A stretch of DNA of 64,000 bases, taken from contig CM121341.1 of assembly GCA_051530055.1 (NCBI GenBank), forward strand, positions 7,232,784 to 7,296,783, written 5' to 3'. Position 1 is the stretch's first letter. Every line of letters begins with the position of its first letter. Positions 37,426 through 50,046 of the stretch are shown piece after piece. The position numbers and the translations under genes were made by a program. The DNA comes from Neoechinorhynchus agilis. Taxonomy: Eukaryota > Animalia > Acanthocephala. A model generated the notes under the pieces. The model was given only the letters and a program-made list of their open reading frames with translations. It was not told the DNA's origin and ran no database searches.

Positions 37426-37797
37426 TCAAACATTCTTAAACGCTCGGATCATCTGAGCCAACTTCCCGGTATGTTTTAAATACTTGTAACTAAGATAAGC
37501 ACCGACTCCTGAGAGAAGTGGAACAACGCCAATTACTTCTCCAAGATAAAGATTGGCCAAAACCGTATTGATGATCAAGGTTTGTTTACCAGTTGACGAA
37601 ATTTTATCATAATCGACTTTAACTTCTTTTAACGTCCGAACAACCGGATCGTCGCGTTTGATCGCAGCAAAAAACGTCTTCGCAAACTCAGTCGTAGGTT
37701 CTGACAATGCATCGTCCTGATGACCATAAGCCAATGCACGAATCCTGATTTGTTTTGGAGCGAAGATAGCAACTCGTTGAACAGCGCGGCAAAACAT
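37426..37797 (-). CDS. small probable mitochondrial membrane protein; weakly ATP synthase subunit g-like
   Basis: 123 aa; Arg-rich presequence-like N-terminus with no acidic residues; LYLGEVIG resembles subunit g FYVGEIIG. ORF likely real, function tentative. Confidence 0.55.
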   Translation of the reverse strand: MFCRAVQRVAIFAPKQIRIRALAYGHQDDALSEPTTEFAKTFFAAIKRDDPVVRTLKEVKVDYDKISSTGKQTLIINTVLANLYLGEVIGVVPLLSGVGAYLSYKYLKHTGKLAQMIRAFKNV

Positions 37798-38040
37798 TAC
37801 GGAAATCTAAGGCACTAACGATCATGGAGTCGATAATGCATTAAAAACGGAAGAATGGGATATTAGCAGGATTACGTCATTAAGATCGCGGCGATTCACG
37901 TTGGAAAAGAGTCTAAACAGTTTTGATTTTAATGTTCAATCAACCTAAAGGCACATGGGTCCTATTCTTTGTTAATTAACAATGAAATGTATTATTGATA
38001 GATATTTTTTCGATACACGGCCGAATGGACACCCGCGGTC

Positions 38041-38576
38041 CACCGATTTCGGTCTGGGAAGCTCCGGTCTGCGCTCAATGTCCCAAGACCGTCCGGTAAA
38101 AGAGTTTGTAAGAATCCCTCCGGATTCTCAAATACCTCCCGAGGAGGCGGGACTCTCATCGGTGAGTTTCCTCCCTTCAACGAGATATTTCGTCTCAGAA
38201 GACTACCGGCTGAGCCACATATAAAAATTCTAAAAAAACCGGAAAGCTTATCCAGGATAAAGTGGCGAAGTACATTCCGTAGTGTGCTGAGGTGGTAAAG
38301 TGTACTAAAGCTCCCGATTCCAGTTTGTTGGGTCAACTGTTTCAAATCCGTTACCGCCAAAGGGAGAACAATAAAAAGGGGACGAAATATCTCGTTGAAG
38401 GGAGGAGGAAACTCACCAACGAGAGTCCCGCCTCCTCGGGAGGTATCTGAGAATCCGGAGGGATTCTTACAAACATTGAGCGCAGACCAGAGCTTCCCAG
38501 ACCGAAATCGGTGTGTATGGGAAAAATAGCAATCAAAAGACTACCGGCTGAGCCACATATAAAAATTCTAAAAAAG
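38041..38576. repeat. inverted pair of SINE-like copies (B, -; C, +) with an extra 38-bp direct repeat
   Basis: 38041-38192 is inverted at 38381-38512; aagactaccggctgagccacatataaaaattctaaaaaa occurs at ~38199 and ~38537. Confidence 0.85.
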
Positions 38577-38984
38577 TATTATTATTCTTGACAAGTGACA
38601 GATTCATCGTTTTTTTTAATGAGGATCTATCGCTAAATTTGATGGACATTTGTAAATATTTTTTTTGTTGACAATGATTAGATGAGTTTGTTATTTTGCG
38701 GTCGCTTATGAACACGTGAAAAGGATCGCGTTAAAGACGAATTCGAACGCGGGCTTGAAGATCCCGAATTCCCGGATCAAAACGAACACTGTCGTGTGTT
38801 TGAATTTTAATAAAATGACTGGTGCAATCAGTCGAAATATTCGTTTTTAACGCAATCCCTCTCGTTTGTTCAAAAGCGACCGTAAAATAATAACATTTGT
38901 TCGCAATGATTTTCCAAACTTAATGATTTTAGAACTCTTTTTGTTGTAAAGAAAGCAAACGGATCTAAAAGTCGACCAAAACGT

Positions 38985-39455
38985 TTATGCCTTCCAGGCG
39001 ATCACGTACATTGAAGTTGTCCGGTGCAGTAAAACTACAAAGCTTTGTTCTCTGAAATGCGCTGAAATGGCAAAATCGAAACCGGTAAGTACGTTCCACT
39101 GATTCCCGTCAATTAATCTCGCCTCCAAATACGCTTTAAAGTTCTCGCAAATCATATCCTCTGATGCTCCAGGCAACTTGAACAATATATCCAAGGCATA
39201 AGTAAAAGAATTCAATAAGATGGGATCTAAACTATACGACAACAAATAGAAACGAGTTCTAAAATTTTCCTCTTGAGTAATTTTCTCTTTTGGGGCCACT
39301 TTTTCGTTCACTTCAACATTTTTGGCCTTGGCAGCTCCTACTTCTTGTTCAATCACTTCCTCAACATTACTAGTTTCGCCGGTTAAAGTCGTCCGCTCAT
39401 TCACACTTTCCTTAATCTCTTCTTCTTTCTCCTCCATTTTGTCGACAATTTCCAT
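38985..39455 (-). CDS. dynein light chain (LC8/DNAL4-family)-like domain with an acidic N-terminal extension
   Basis: C-terminal ~85 aa ...EDMICENFKAYLEARLIDGNQWNVLTGFDFAISAHFREQSFVVL...MYVIAWKA matches LC8 spacing (IAxxIKxxxDxxxxxxWHxIVGxxFxxxVxH). Confidence 0.7.
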   Translation of the reverse strand: MEIVDKMEEKEEEIKESVNERTTLTGETSNVEEVIEQEVGAAKAKNVEVNEKVAPKEKITQEENFRTRFYLLSYSLDPILLNSFTYALDILFKLPGASEDMICENFKAYLEARLIDGNQWNVLTGFDFAISAHFREQSFVVLLHRTTSMYVIAWKA

Positions 39456-40454
39456 AAAATCTCCGAGAAGTCATATCGTCTAGCAACGAGTGGACGGCGA
39501 AAGTAAACAATGTAAATATCCAATGTGTTCAATTGTAATATTCGATCTTAAAAATAGGATGCTATTCGGGAAATGGGGCGGGTGATTTTGAGAACAACAA
39601 AGGAACATTTTCGTCCAATTTTCAATTAGCGTTTTAACATTCAGAGCACTCAGCAGAAATCACTTTGCATCAACATTGATTACTGCTATCGCAATGCTTT
39701 GTTTTAATTAAATAGTTGCATTTATCTCGTCCATTCCGGTTTTTAGATTCAATCCTTTCTTCATAGTCAAGGATCCAATTTGCCGATTTTTTAGTCATTT
39801 TTTGTTTTAATAGTCTCTACCAAATCTTACCAACATTCACACCACCGCTTTGGATCACTCAGTTGCCGTCTTGGTGCAACGGTCGAAAGGACGGATGCAG
39901 CGTTCCGCTCCGTTGATTAGTTAGACTTATAATTCTCCTGTTCTCGGATCGCCAGTAATTCGTCCCAGTCTCTTAAACAATTGATTGACCAGGTCCTGCG
40001 GTATCAAACGACCCGAGCGTCTCGACGCCAAATGAAACGAAATAATGATTTCGACCCAAGTCAAATGATGTGCCCAAATTCAGCCGTGTTCGATAAAGTT
40101 GGAAAATTTCGAAAAAGATCGATGGGTAAAATATAACGTTTATGTGTGTCCAGGAATCAAAGACGGGATTGAATAATCGAGTGTTTTGGAAGGATTCTGG
40201 GACAAAAAAGCACTATCGCCTCAGTTCTACAAAATTGTCCAAAATATTTGTGAACTGAAGTTGACAAATATCAAGAGAACTATTGATAAACATGAATCGA
40301 TCACACGTTTTATGTTTGAACGTCGATGAATACGAACAATATTTACCAATGTTTGTCTAACATTGCCGAGTGTAGTCACTTGGATAATTCGACGTACCCA
40401 TGAAATTCGCACTTGGGTGTTCTTTTGTGAGAGAAAATACACGAAGAAAGTCCT

Positions 40455-41357
40455 ATGGGATCATCAAGTTCTCAAGGAAGTAAAGAAACGGATAATAAAC
40501 AAGACAAAAGTGATCGTAATGATCCAGTAACAGATTTCATTCAATTCTACGACCCGTACACCGGACAATTCGGAACCACTAATACTGCACCACCGCCGTC
40601 ACAATTGCCGCCACCGCCGCCAAACTATCCAGTATATCAAAATAATCAATCAATCCCTTTGTCGCAGCCCAATAATGGTCCTCGTTTGATCATTCCACCG
40701 GATTCGAACCAAGAACCAGTGGTTGTGATTTCTGCTAATCAATATTTCAGTCAGATGAGACCACCACCACAGTTAAAGCAACAAACAAATCAATCAATCG
40801 ATAAAGAAGATATGGTTTACCTTCCGTCCAGAATAGTAGAAGCACTCCTCAATAGAAATCAACAACAGCAACAACCTTCATTCCCACCGCCACCACAATT
40901 ACCAACAATAATTCAAGCACCACAACCGGTTATTCAAGAAATGCCACATCCATCGATACCCACTTCCTATGCTACCCAAAATCCACCTACCATTATACTT
41001 CAAATTCCATCTTGTCCACAACTACAACCAGTCCAAGCTCAATCAAACGAACAGACGATTGCACCGCCGGATTTTAAGCCTTTATTGTCGATGCCGTCTC
41101 CAAACTCGCCGTTCATTAACCCAACTACGTTAAATCCTTTTTATCCGGCAAATATCATAACATCCTTCCTCGATCCAATGAATCCGCAAACCTACGTTGC
41201 TGTACCTGAGCGAAAACCATTTGTAGATGGCGGTAATGCGTGCCATCAGTCCAGGTCACCGTCCAGGAGAAATCGGAGGCATAGAAGAAGACGTTCTTAT
41301 GGACAGGAACGATATATAAGAGATTACAGTCCTTGTAGACGACGCAGCATGCGTTGA
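40455..41357 (+). CDS. intronless Pro/Gln-rich protein with an MGSSSS N-terminus and an Arg/Ser-rich C-terminus
   Basis: 300-aa ORF with strong compositional bias; long for this AT content. Confidence 0.75.
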   Translation: MGSSSSQGSKETDNKQDKSDRNDPVTDFIQFYDPYTGQFGTTNTAPPPSQLPPPPPNYPVYQNNQSIPLSQPNNGPRLIIPPDSNQEPVVVISANQYFSQMRPPPQLKQQTNQSIDKEDMVYLPSRIVEALLNRNQQQQQPSFPPPPQLPTIIQAPQPVIQEMPHPSIPTSYATQNPPTIILQIPSCPQLQPVQAQSNEQTIAPPDFKPLLSMPSPNSPFINPTTLNPFYPANIITSFLDPMNPQTYVAVPERKPFVDGGNACHQSRSPSRRNRRHRRRRSYGQERYIRDYSPCRRRSMR

Positions 41358-41599
41358 CGTTGCCTCTTTACTAAAAAAAGGAGATCACAGTATCGGGGTC
41401 GTTTTTCTGGTTCACGGATTCTCTTAAAATGATTTCTATCGCACCGGAGCGGAATGCGAGTTTTTAGATTAACCTCTTTTTGTTGTGTAGCGGCGACAAA
41501 AATTATGTAAATTTATTGAATCGATATTTCGGATCAATCCAGAGCCTTTATCAAAATTGCTTGTGTCGCAAGAGACTATGTCACCTCTCGTCAGCTACT

Positions 41600-42430
41600 G
41601 GTTGAAAATCATCCGTCTGTTTAGTTATGAAGCCTAACAGCTCGTTTTTCCAGGATTTGCCTTTCTACTAGGCATAGGATGCTATCAATCCAGCGCAGAG
41701 GGTCTCGACATCTTCGGCCACAACGGATCCAATCATGATATTTTCTCGGAGTGACACGGCCGTACAATAATGTTGATAACACTCCCAACATTTAAAGTTC
41801 TCCGAATCAATATATTTCTAACTTGATTTATTCGTTATCAAGTACAAAAGGTACTGGTCAACGCTTCGCAACCATAAAAAAGAATGAGACGCAGAATGGT
41901 TGTGATTTCCTAGACATTTCCTGGTACGGCGTCTTTTTTGAGGATTAGATACAGGACTCCAATGTTCTGTCCAAACTTCTCGATAATCTTATGCATTTTG
42001 ACGCCCTGATACTTGATGAAGTCAATTTTAGGTAATGCACCGCCGTTTATCTGTACTAAACACTCGATGTGTTCTTGATCTTCATGGCAGTTGAACTTGA
42101 ACGACAGTTAAACTGCGCCCGATTCATCAGGGATGATTTGTCCATGGATCGTTTCCGGCGCAATCCTTTCCGAGGCTTCATTTTAATATGTCGAGTTGAA
42201 GAAATCCGATTGCCGTGTGCTAGATCTTCGATTCCGGCAATTTAAATCGTTCTCACAGACGTTTGTGAGTTTTTTATGTTGTTGCACTTCCATGACCTTC
42301 TTAGCACCGTTTAGCTATCCTTGCAGAAGTCTAGACGTCCATTCGTCACGCTCAAAATGGGCACACGATTTTAAAAAGGTTGCACAAATTCCAAACGAAC
42401 TCGTCGTCTTTGGCCAGATCGATTTCGATC
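41600..42430 (-). mobile_element. heavily decayed LINE RT relic
   Basis: IEIDLAKDDEFVWNL..LFKI (cf. LDLxKAFDxVxHxxLLxKL), QINGGALPKIDFIKYQGV (cf. INGxxxxxVxxFKYLGV), QILEKRAVRL. Confidence 0.45.
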
Positions 42431-44030
42431 ACTGGTCAGCTTTCTCGTCCACGAGTTAATGAGAGATTACTTCGATTTTGCCCGGAAATCCACAGGGTCA
42501 AAACTAGAAGTTGAAACAGTGGTGAGCAAATGAATTTCGGAGCGCCTCATCAACGATTTTTTTTGCCTTCTGAAGTCAAAGTTCATAACAGATCTTTCCT
42601 TCGAATAGCTCCCGAAGTCTCACGACCTTCCCTGCGTCGTCGTCTTTGGCCCCATCGATTTCGATCACTGGTCAGCTTTCTCGTCCACGAGTTAATGAGA
42701 GATTACTTTGATTTTGCCCGGAAATCTACACGGTCAAAACTAGAAGTTGAAACAGTGGTGAGCAAATGAATTTCGGAGCGCCTCATCAACGATTTTTTTG
42801 CCTTCTGAAGTCAAAGTTCATAACAGATCTTTCCTTCGAATAGCTCCCGAAGTCTCACGACCTTCCCTGCGTCGTCGTCTTTGGCCCCATCGATTTCGAG
42901 CACTGGTCAGCTTTCTCGTCTACGAGTTAATGAGAGATTACTTTGATTTTGCCCGGAAATCCACACGGTCAAAACTAGAAGTTGAGACGATGATGAGCAA
43001 ATGAATCTCGGAGCGCCTCATCAACGATTTTATTGCCTTCTGAAGTCAAGGTTCATAACAGACCTTTCCTTCGAATAGCCCCGAAGTCTCACGACCTTCC
43101 CTGCGTCGTCGTCTTTGGCCCCATCGATTTCGAGCACTGGTCAGCTTTCTCGTCTACGAGTTAATGAGAGATTACTTTGATTTTGCCCGGAAATCTACAC
43201 GGTCAAAACTAGAAGTTGAAACAGTGGTGAGCAAATGAATTTCGGAGCGCCTCATCAACGATTTTTTTGCCTTCTGAAGTCAAAGTTCATAACAGATCTT
43301 TCCTTCGAATAGCTCCCGAAGTCTCACGACCTTCCCTGCGTCGTCGTCTTTGGCCCCATCGATTTCGAGCACTGGTCAGCTTTCTCGTCTACGAGTTAAT
43401 GAGAGATTACTTTGATTTTGCCCGGAAATCCACACGGTCAAAACTAGAAGTTGAGACGATGATGAGCAAATGAATCTCGGAGCGCCTCATCAACGATTTT
43501 ATTGCCTTCTGAAGTCAAGGTTCATAACAGACCTTTCCTTCGAATAGCCCCGAAGTCTCACGACCTTCCCTGCGTCGTCGTCTTTGGCCCCATCGATTTC
43601 GAGCACTGGTCAGCTTTCTCGTCTACGAGTTCATGAGTAAGATATCACTTCGATTTTATTGTTTTCCATCATAAAAGAACAATGGGGAATGAGGATCCCG
43701 AGCCCCACACTTTCGCGCGATCTCAGATTTTGCTCGGTAATCAACACGGCCAAACTAGAAGTTGAAACAGTGGTGAGCAAATAAATTTCGGAGCGCCTCA
43801 TCAACGATTTTATTGCCTTCTGAAGTCAAGGTTCATAACAGACCTTTCCTTCGAATAGCTCCCGAAGTCTCACGACCTTCCCTGCGACGTCGTCTTTGGC
43901 CCCATCGATTTCGAGCACTGGTCAGCTTTCTCGTCTACGAGTTCATGAGAGATTACTTTGATTTTGCCCGGAAATCTACACGGTCAAAACTAGAAGTTGA
44001 AACAGTGGTGAGCGAATAAGAGACTTTTCC
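42405..44030. repeat. ~235-bp tandem repeat, 7 copies (one interrupted by a ~100-bp insert near 43640)
   Basis: cagctttctcgtc recurs at ~42437, 42673, 42908, 43142, 43377, 43611 and 43923. Confidence 0.95.
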
Positions 44031-44089
44031 TTCGAACCCGACAACTCGATCGAACGAGGCATATCAAACAGGATAAATTTATCGAGAAA

Positions 44090-46368
44090 TAAATAAAACA
44101 CCCATTTTCCGTTCGATAATAAATCCGGAATAAAACATGAGGGTGTTGGGAAACTTCTTCGCGACTCTGAAGAGGATAAAAATTTGGAGCAACGGATTAA
44201 CAGCGTTACCCTCCTCTGATTCCTTTTCAGATAACCGAAAAAAAGCTTCCTGACGAAGACGTCGAAAATTTGAAGAAATAAAACACCCATTTTCCGTTCG
44301 ATAATAAATCCGGAATAAAACATGAGGGTGTTGGGAAACTTCTTCGCGACTCTGAAGAGGATAAAAATTTGGAGCAACGGATTAACAGCGTTGCGCTCCT
44401 CTGATTCCTTTTCAGATAACCGAAGAAAAGCTTCCTGACGAAGACGTCGAAAATTTGAAGAAATAAAACACCCATTTTCCGTTCGATAATAAATCCGGAA
44501 TAAAACATGAGGGTGTTGGGAAACTTCTTCGCGACTCTGAAGAGGATAAAAATTTGGAGCAACGGATTAACAGCGTTGCCCTCCTCTGATTCTTTTTCAG
44601 ATAACCGAAGAAAAGCTTCCTGACGAAGACGTCGAAAATTTGAAGAAATAAAACACCCATTTTCCGTTCGATAATAAATCTGGAATAAAACATGAGGGTG
44701 TTGGGAAACTTCTTCGCGACTCTGAAGAGGATAAAATTTGGAGCAACGGATTAACAGCGTTACCCTCCTCTGATTCCTTTTCAGATAACCGAAGAAAAGC
44801 TTCCTGACGAAGACGTCGAAAATTTGAAGAAATAAAACACCCATTTTCCGTTCGATAATAAATCCGGAATAAAACATGAGGGTGTTGGGAAACTTCTTCG
44901 CGACTCTGAAGAGGATAAAAATTTGGAGCAACGGATTAACAGCGTTGCCCTCCTCTGATTCCTTTTCAGATAACCGAAGAAAAGCTTCCTGACGAAGACG
45001 TCGAAAATTTGAAGAAATAAAACACCCATTTTCCGTTCGATAATAAATCCGGAATAAAACATGAGGGTGTTGGGAAACTTCTTCGCGACTCTGAAGAGGA
45101 TAAAAATTTGGAGCAACGGATTAACAGCGTTGCGCTCCTCTGATTCCTTTTCAGATAACCGAAGAAAAGCTTCCTGACGAAGACGTCGAAAATTTGAAGA
45201 AATAAAACACCCATTTTCCGTTCGATAATAAATCCGGAATAAAACATGAGGGTGTTGGGAAACTTCTTCGCGACTCTGAAGAGGATAAAAATTTGGAGCA
45301 ACGGATCAACAGCGTTGCCCTCCTCTGATTCCTTTTCAGATAACCGAAGAAAAGCTTCCTGACGAAGACGTCGAAAATTTGAAGAAATAAAACACCCATT
45401 TTCCGTTCGATAATAAATCCGGAATAAAACATGAGGGTGTTGGGAAACTTCTTCGCGACTCTGAAGAGGATAAAAATTTGGAGCAACGGATTAACAGCGT
45501 TGCCTCCTCTGATTCCTTTTCAGATAACCGAAGAAAAGCTTCCTGACGAAGACGTCGAAAATTTGAAGAAATAAAACACCCATTTTCCGTTCGATAATAA
45601 ATCCGGAATAAAACATGAGGGTGTTGGAAACTTCTTCGCGACTCTGAAGAGGATAAAAATTTGGAGCAACGGATTAACAGCGTTACCCTCCTCTGATTCC
45701 TTTTCAGATAACCGAAAAAAAGCTTCCTGACGAAGACGTCGAAAATTTGAAGAAATAAAACACCCATTTTCCGTTCGATAATAAATCCGGAATAAAACAT
45801 GAGGGTGTTGGGAAACTTCTTCGCGACTCTGAAGAGGATAAAAATTTGGAGCAACGGATCAACAGCGTTGCCCTCCTCTGATTCTTTTTCAGATAACCGA
45901 AAAAAAGCTTCCTGACGAAGACGTCGAAAATTTGAAGAAATAAAACACCCATTTTCCGTTCGATAATAAATCCGGAATAAAACATGAGGGTGTTGGGAAA
46001 CTTCTTCGCGACTCTGAAGAGGATAAAAATTTGGAGCAACGGATTAACAGCGTTGCCCTCCTCTGATTCTTTTTCAGATAACCGAAGAAAAGCTTCCTGA
46101 CGAAGACGTCGAAAATTTGAAGAAATAAAACCCTATTTTCCGTTCGATAATAAATCTGGAATAAAACATGAGGGTGTTGGGAAACTTCTTCGCGACTCTG
46201 AAGAGGATAAAAATTTGGAGCAACGGATCAACAGCGTTGCGCTCCTCTGATTCTTTTTCAGATAACCGAAAAAAAGCTTCCTGACGAAGACGTCGAAAAT
46301 TTGAAGAAATAAAACACCCATTTTCCGTTCGATAATAAATCCGGAATAAAACATGAGGGTGTTGGGAA
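44090..46368. repeat. 185-bp tandem array, ~12.5 units (retrozyme-like)
   Basis: Near-identical units; cttcctgacgaagacgtcgaaaatttgaag is present 12 times. Confidence 0.97.
44431..44460 (+). ncRNA. minimal type I hammerhead ribozyme motif (representative of 12 copies)
   Basis: CUUC CUGACGA AGACGUC GAA AAUU U / GAAG: 4-bp stem I, CUGANGA and GAAA core, short stem II, palindromic AAUU stem III, predicted cut at 44456/44457. Confidence 0.7.
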
Positions 46369-46543
46369 AAGAGGCTTTCCATGCTAGCTCTCGAGAGCGA
46401 TGCATGAGAAGAAGACACGAAAGAAACGTGTATACGTCACTGATGCACACCGCTGGCAGAATTTCTAGATTTGCCGCACACACACGGACACTCATCTTTC
46501 TTTTGCTCGTGCGTACACAAAACGAGCGTGTAGACGGCAGTAA

Positions 46544-48242
<1,699 letters not shown>

Positions 48243-49370
48243 ATGTATAATGATCAAAGTAATATGTACATTGCGATAGGGCGGCAAATGAAGTTTGTGC
48301 GTTTGAGCAAATAAACGTGCAGTGATCTGCTAATGATCTTTGAACGTGCAAAAACTCTTTTTTTTAGATTTGCCAAGTAGTTTCAGAGCTACACCGAAAA
48401 AAAAAGAAAATTGGTCTAATAAATGAAATGAATTGTTGGCAGATTACGAAAGGGTTTGATCGTTCTTGGACAACATTAAAAGGTATTTTCAGCGGATTTT
48501 GTGCAGTCATAGAGAGCGTTTCGTAAAAAGTTTGGTAAAGAAAGTTTTGTCAAACACAACCTTACTGACATTATAAAAGTTCGAAAGATTTACTGTCGTG
48601 CAAAACAAATCGCTTCCAGATTTGATCTCCCATTACTCGATAGACGAAGCGTCGTTTTATTGCGTTCACTAACAACTACTAATACTACGTTCGCTTAGTT
48701 CGCCATTCGGAATTTATCGTTCAAAACCGAATGTATGGATAGCAGAATACTGGAAATGGTGTGTATCCTCCGTAAACGAACAGCGGAAATACCATTCTTG
48801 GTCGTCGTGAACAACACATCGATATCTTGGTTATAACGCGAAGTGGATGATTTCGGGGATGAATCGTAACGACGTCTCCATTTATACACCTAAAGTTTGG
48901 CAACTTAATGCATTCTTATTTTCAATCAAAAGTATAACGTTTGGAAACAATAAGACGTGGGTTTGGGAACAACCTTTTCGTAGATTTTCGAATAACGAAT
49001 ATCATTTTTTTGCCGTAATCGGGTACAAATTACTATGTTGCTTAGAAGTATTGCTAGAACTAGAAAGTCAGAACGGCAGAGCATAAACTATCTGTGTAAG
49101 ACCGTTTCAAACATATAACATCTCTAAACAACTTAATAAAATGTACAAACTGTGTCATTTCATTTAATGCAGCCCAATTATTGAATTATTTTTAAGTCTT
49201 TAAGTCTATCCAATTGTTCCTTCGAATGGATGTGTATTCTCAATGGCGAATTGTTACACACTCGAGTTTTATTGAAGTCAACCTTGGGAATTTTCAAGAG
49301 ACTTAGGTACCACCACATCCATTTTTAGATGCTTGAGAAGGAGGCTGAAGCCTTGAAAATTCCCAATAAA

Positions 49371-50046
49371 GATTCCCGAGGAGACGGGGCTCATCAGTGA
49401 GTTTCCTCCCTTCAACGAGATATTTCGTCCCCTTTTTATTGTTCTCCCTTTGGCGGTAACGGATTTGAAAAGGTTGACCCAACAAACTGGAATCAAGAGC
49501 ATTTGTCCACTTGACCACCTCGACACAACTACGGAATATACAAACTCAGCCAGTTTTTCGACTAAGGGTGAGCGCTGTATTCTATTTTAAGGTTTTTTTA
49601 CTGGCAAACCGGTTTGTTTTCAAATCATCATTAAATTTAGTTTGTCCCTTATACCGGGCTTATTTTTTTAGGCATAAATCCAAATCAATTACATCAGAGA
49701 AGTGATATAACCACAAAGTTTCTAATGCACGGTTAAAAGTTTGTACATTCCTCCGGATCCTCAGATACCTCCCGAGGAGGCGGGACTCATCAGTGAGTTT
49801 CCTCCCTTCAACGAGATATTTCGTCCCCTTTTTATTGTTCTCCCTTTGGCGGTAACGGATTTGAAAAGTTGACCCAACAAACTGGAATCAAAAGCATTTG
49901 TTCACTTGACGACCTCGACACAACTACGGAATATACAAACTCAGCCAGTTTTTCGACTCAGGGTGAGCGCTGTATTCTATTTTAAGGTTTTTTTACTGGC
50001 AAACCGGTTTGTTTTCAAATCATCATTAAATTTAGTTTGTCCCTTA
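49371..50046 (-). mobile_element. tandem duplicate of the SINE-like element plus flank (copies D and E)
   Basis: 49371-49645 repeats at ~49770-50046; tRNA-Ser-like 5' GTAGTTGTGTCGAGGTGGTCAAG, ...TTCAAATCCGTTACCGCCA, then the hammerhead-core body. Confidence 0.7.
49760..49828 (-). ncRNA. hammerhead catalytic core with non-canonical strand order (intact copy E)
   Basis: GGGAC GAAA UAUCUC -15 nt- CUCA CUGAUGA GUCCC -10 nt- GAGGUAU C / UGAG; stems II (5 bp), III (7 bp) and I (4 bp) all pair. Confidence 0.5.

Noticed and set aside
42530-44019. Repeated 68-79-aa ORFs (MPSEVKVHNR...)
   Set aside because: Products of the 235-bp repeat; frames are broken by homopolymer indels.
42405-44030. Hammerhead near-misses on the minus strand (UUGAUGA-GGCGCUCC-GAAA and CUGACCA-GUGCUC-GAAA-UCGAU-G)
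   Set aside because: Core mismatches, no stem I pairing and, in the second case, G at the cleavage position.
44155-44195. Second hammerhead-like segment in the 185-bp unit (CUGAAGA GGAU AAAAAUUU GGAG)
   Set aside because: Lacks G12 of GAAA and stem II; at most a degenerate duplicate.
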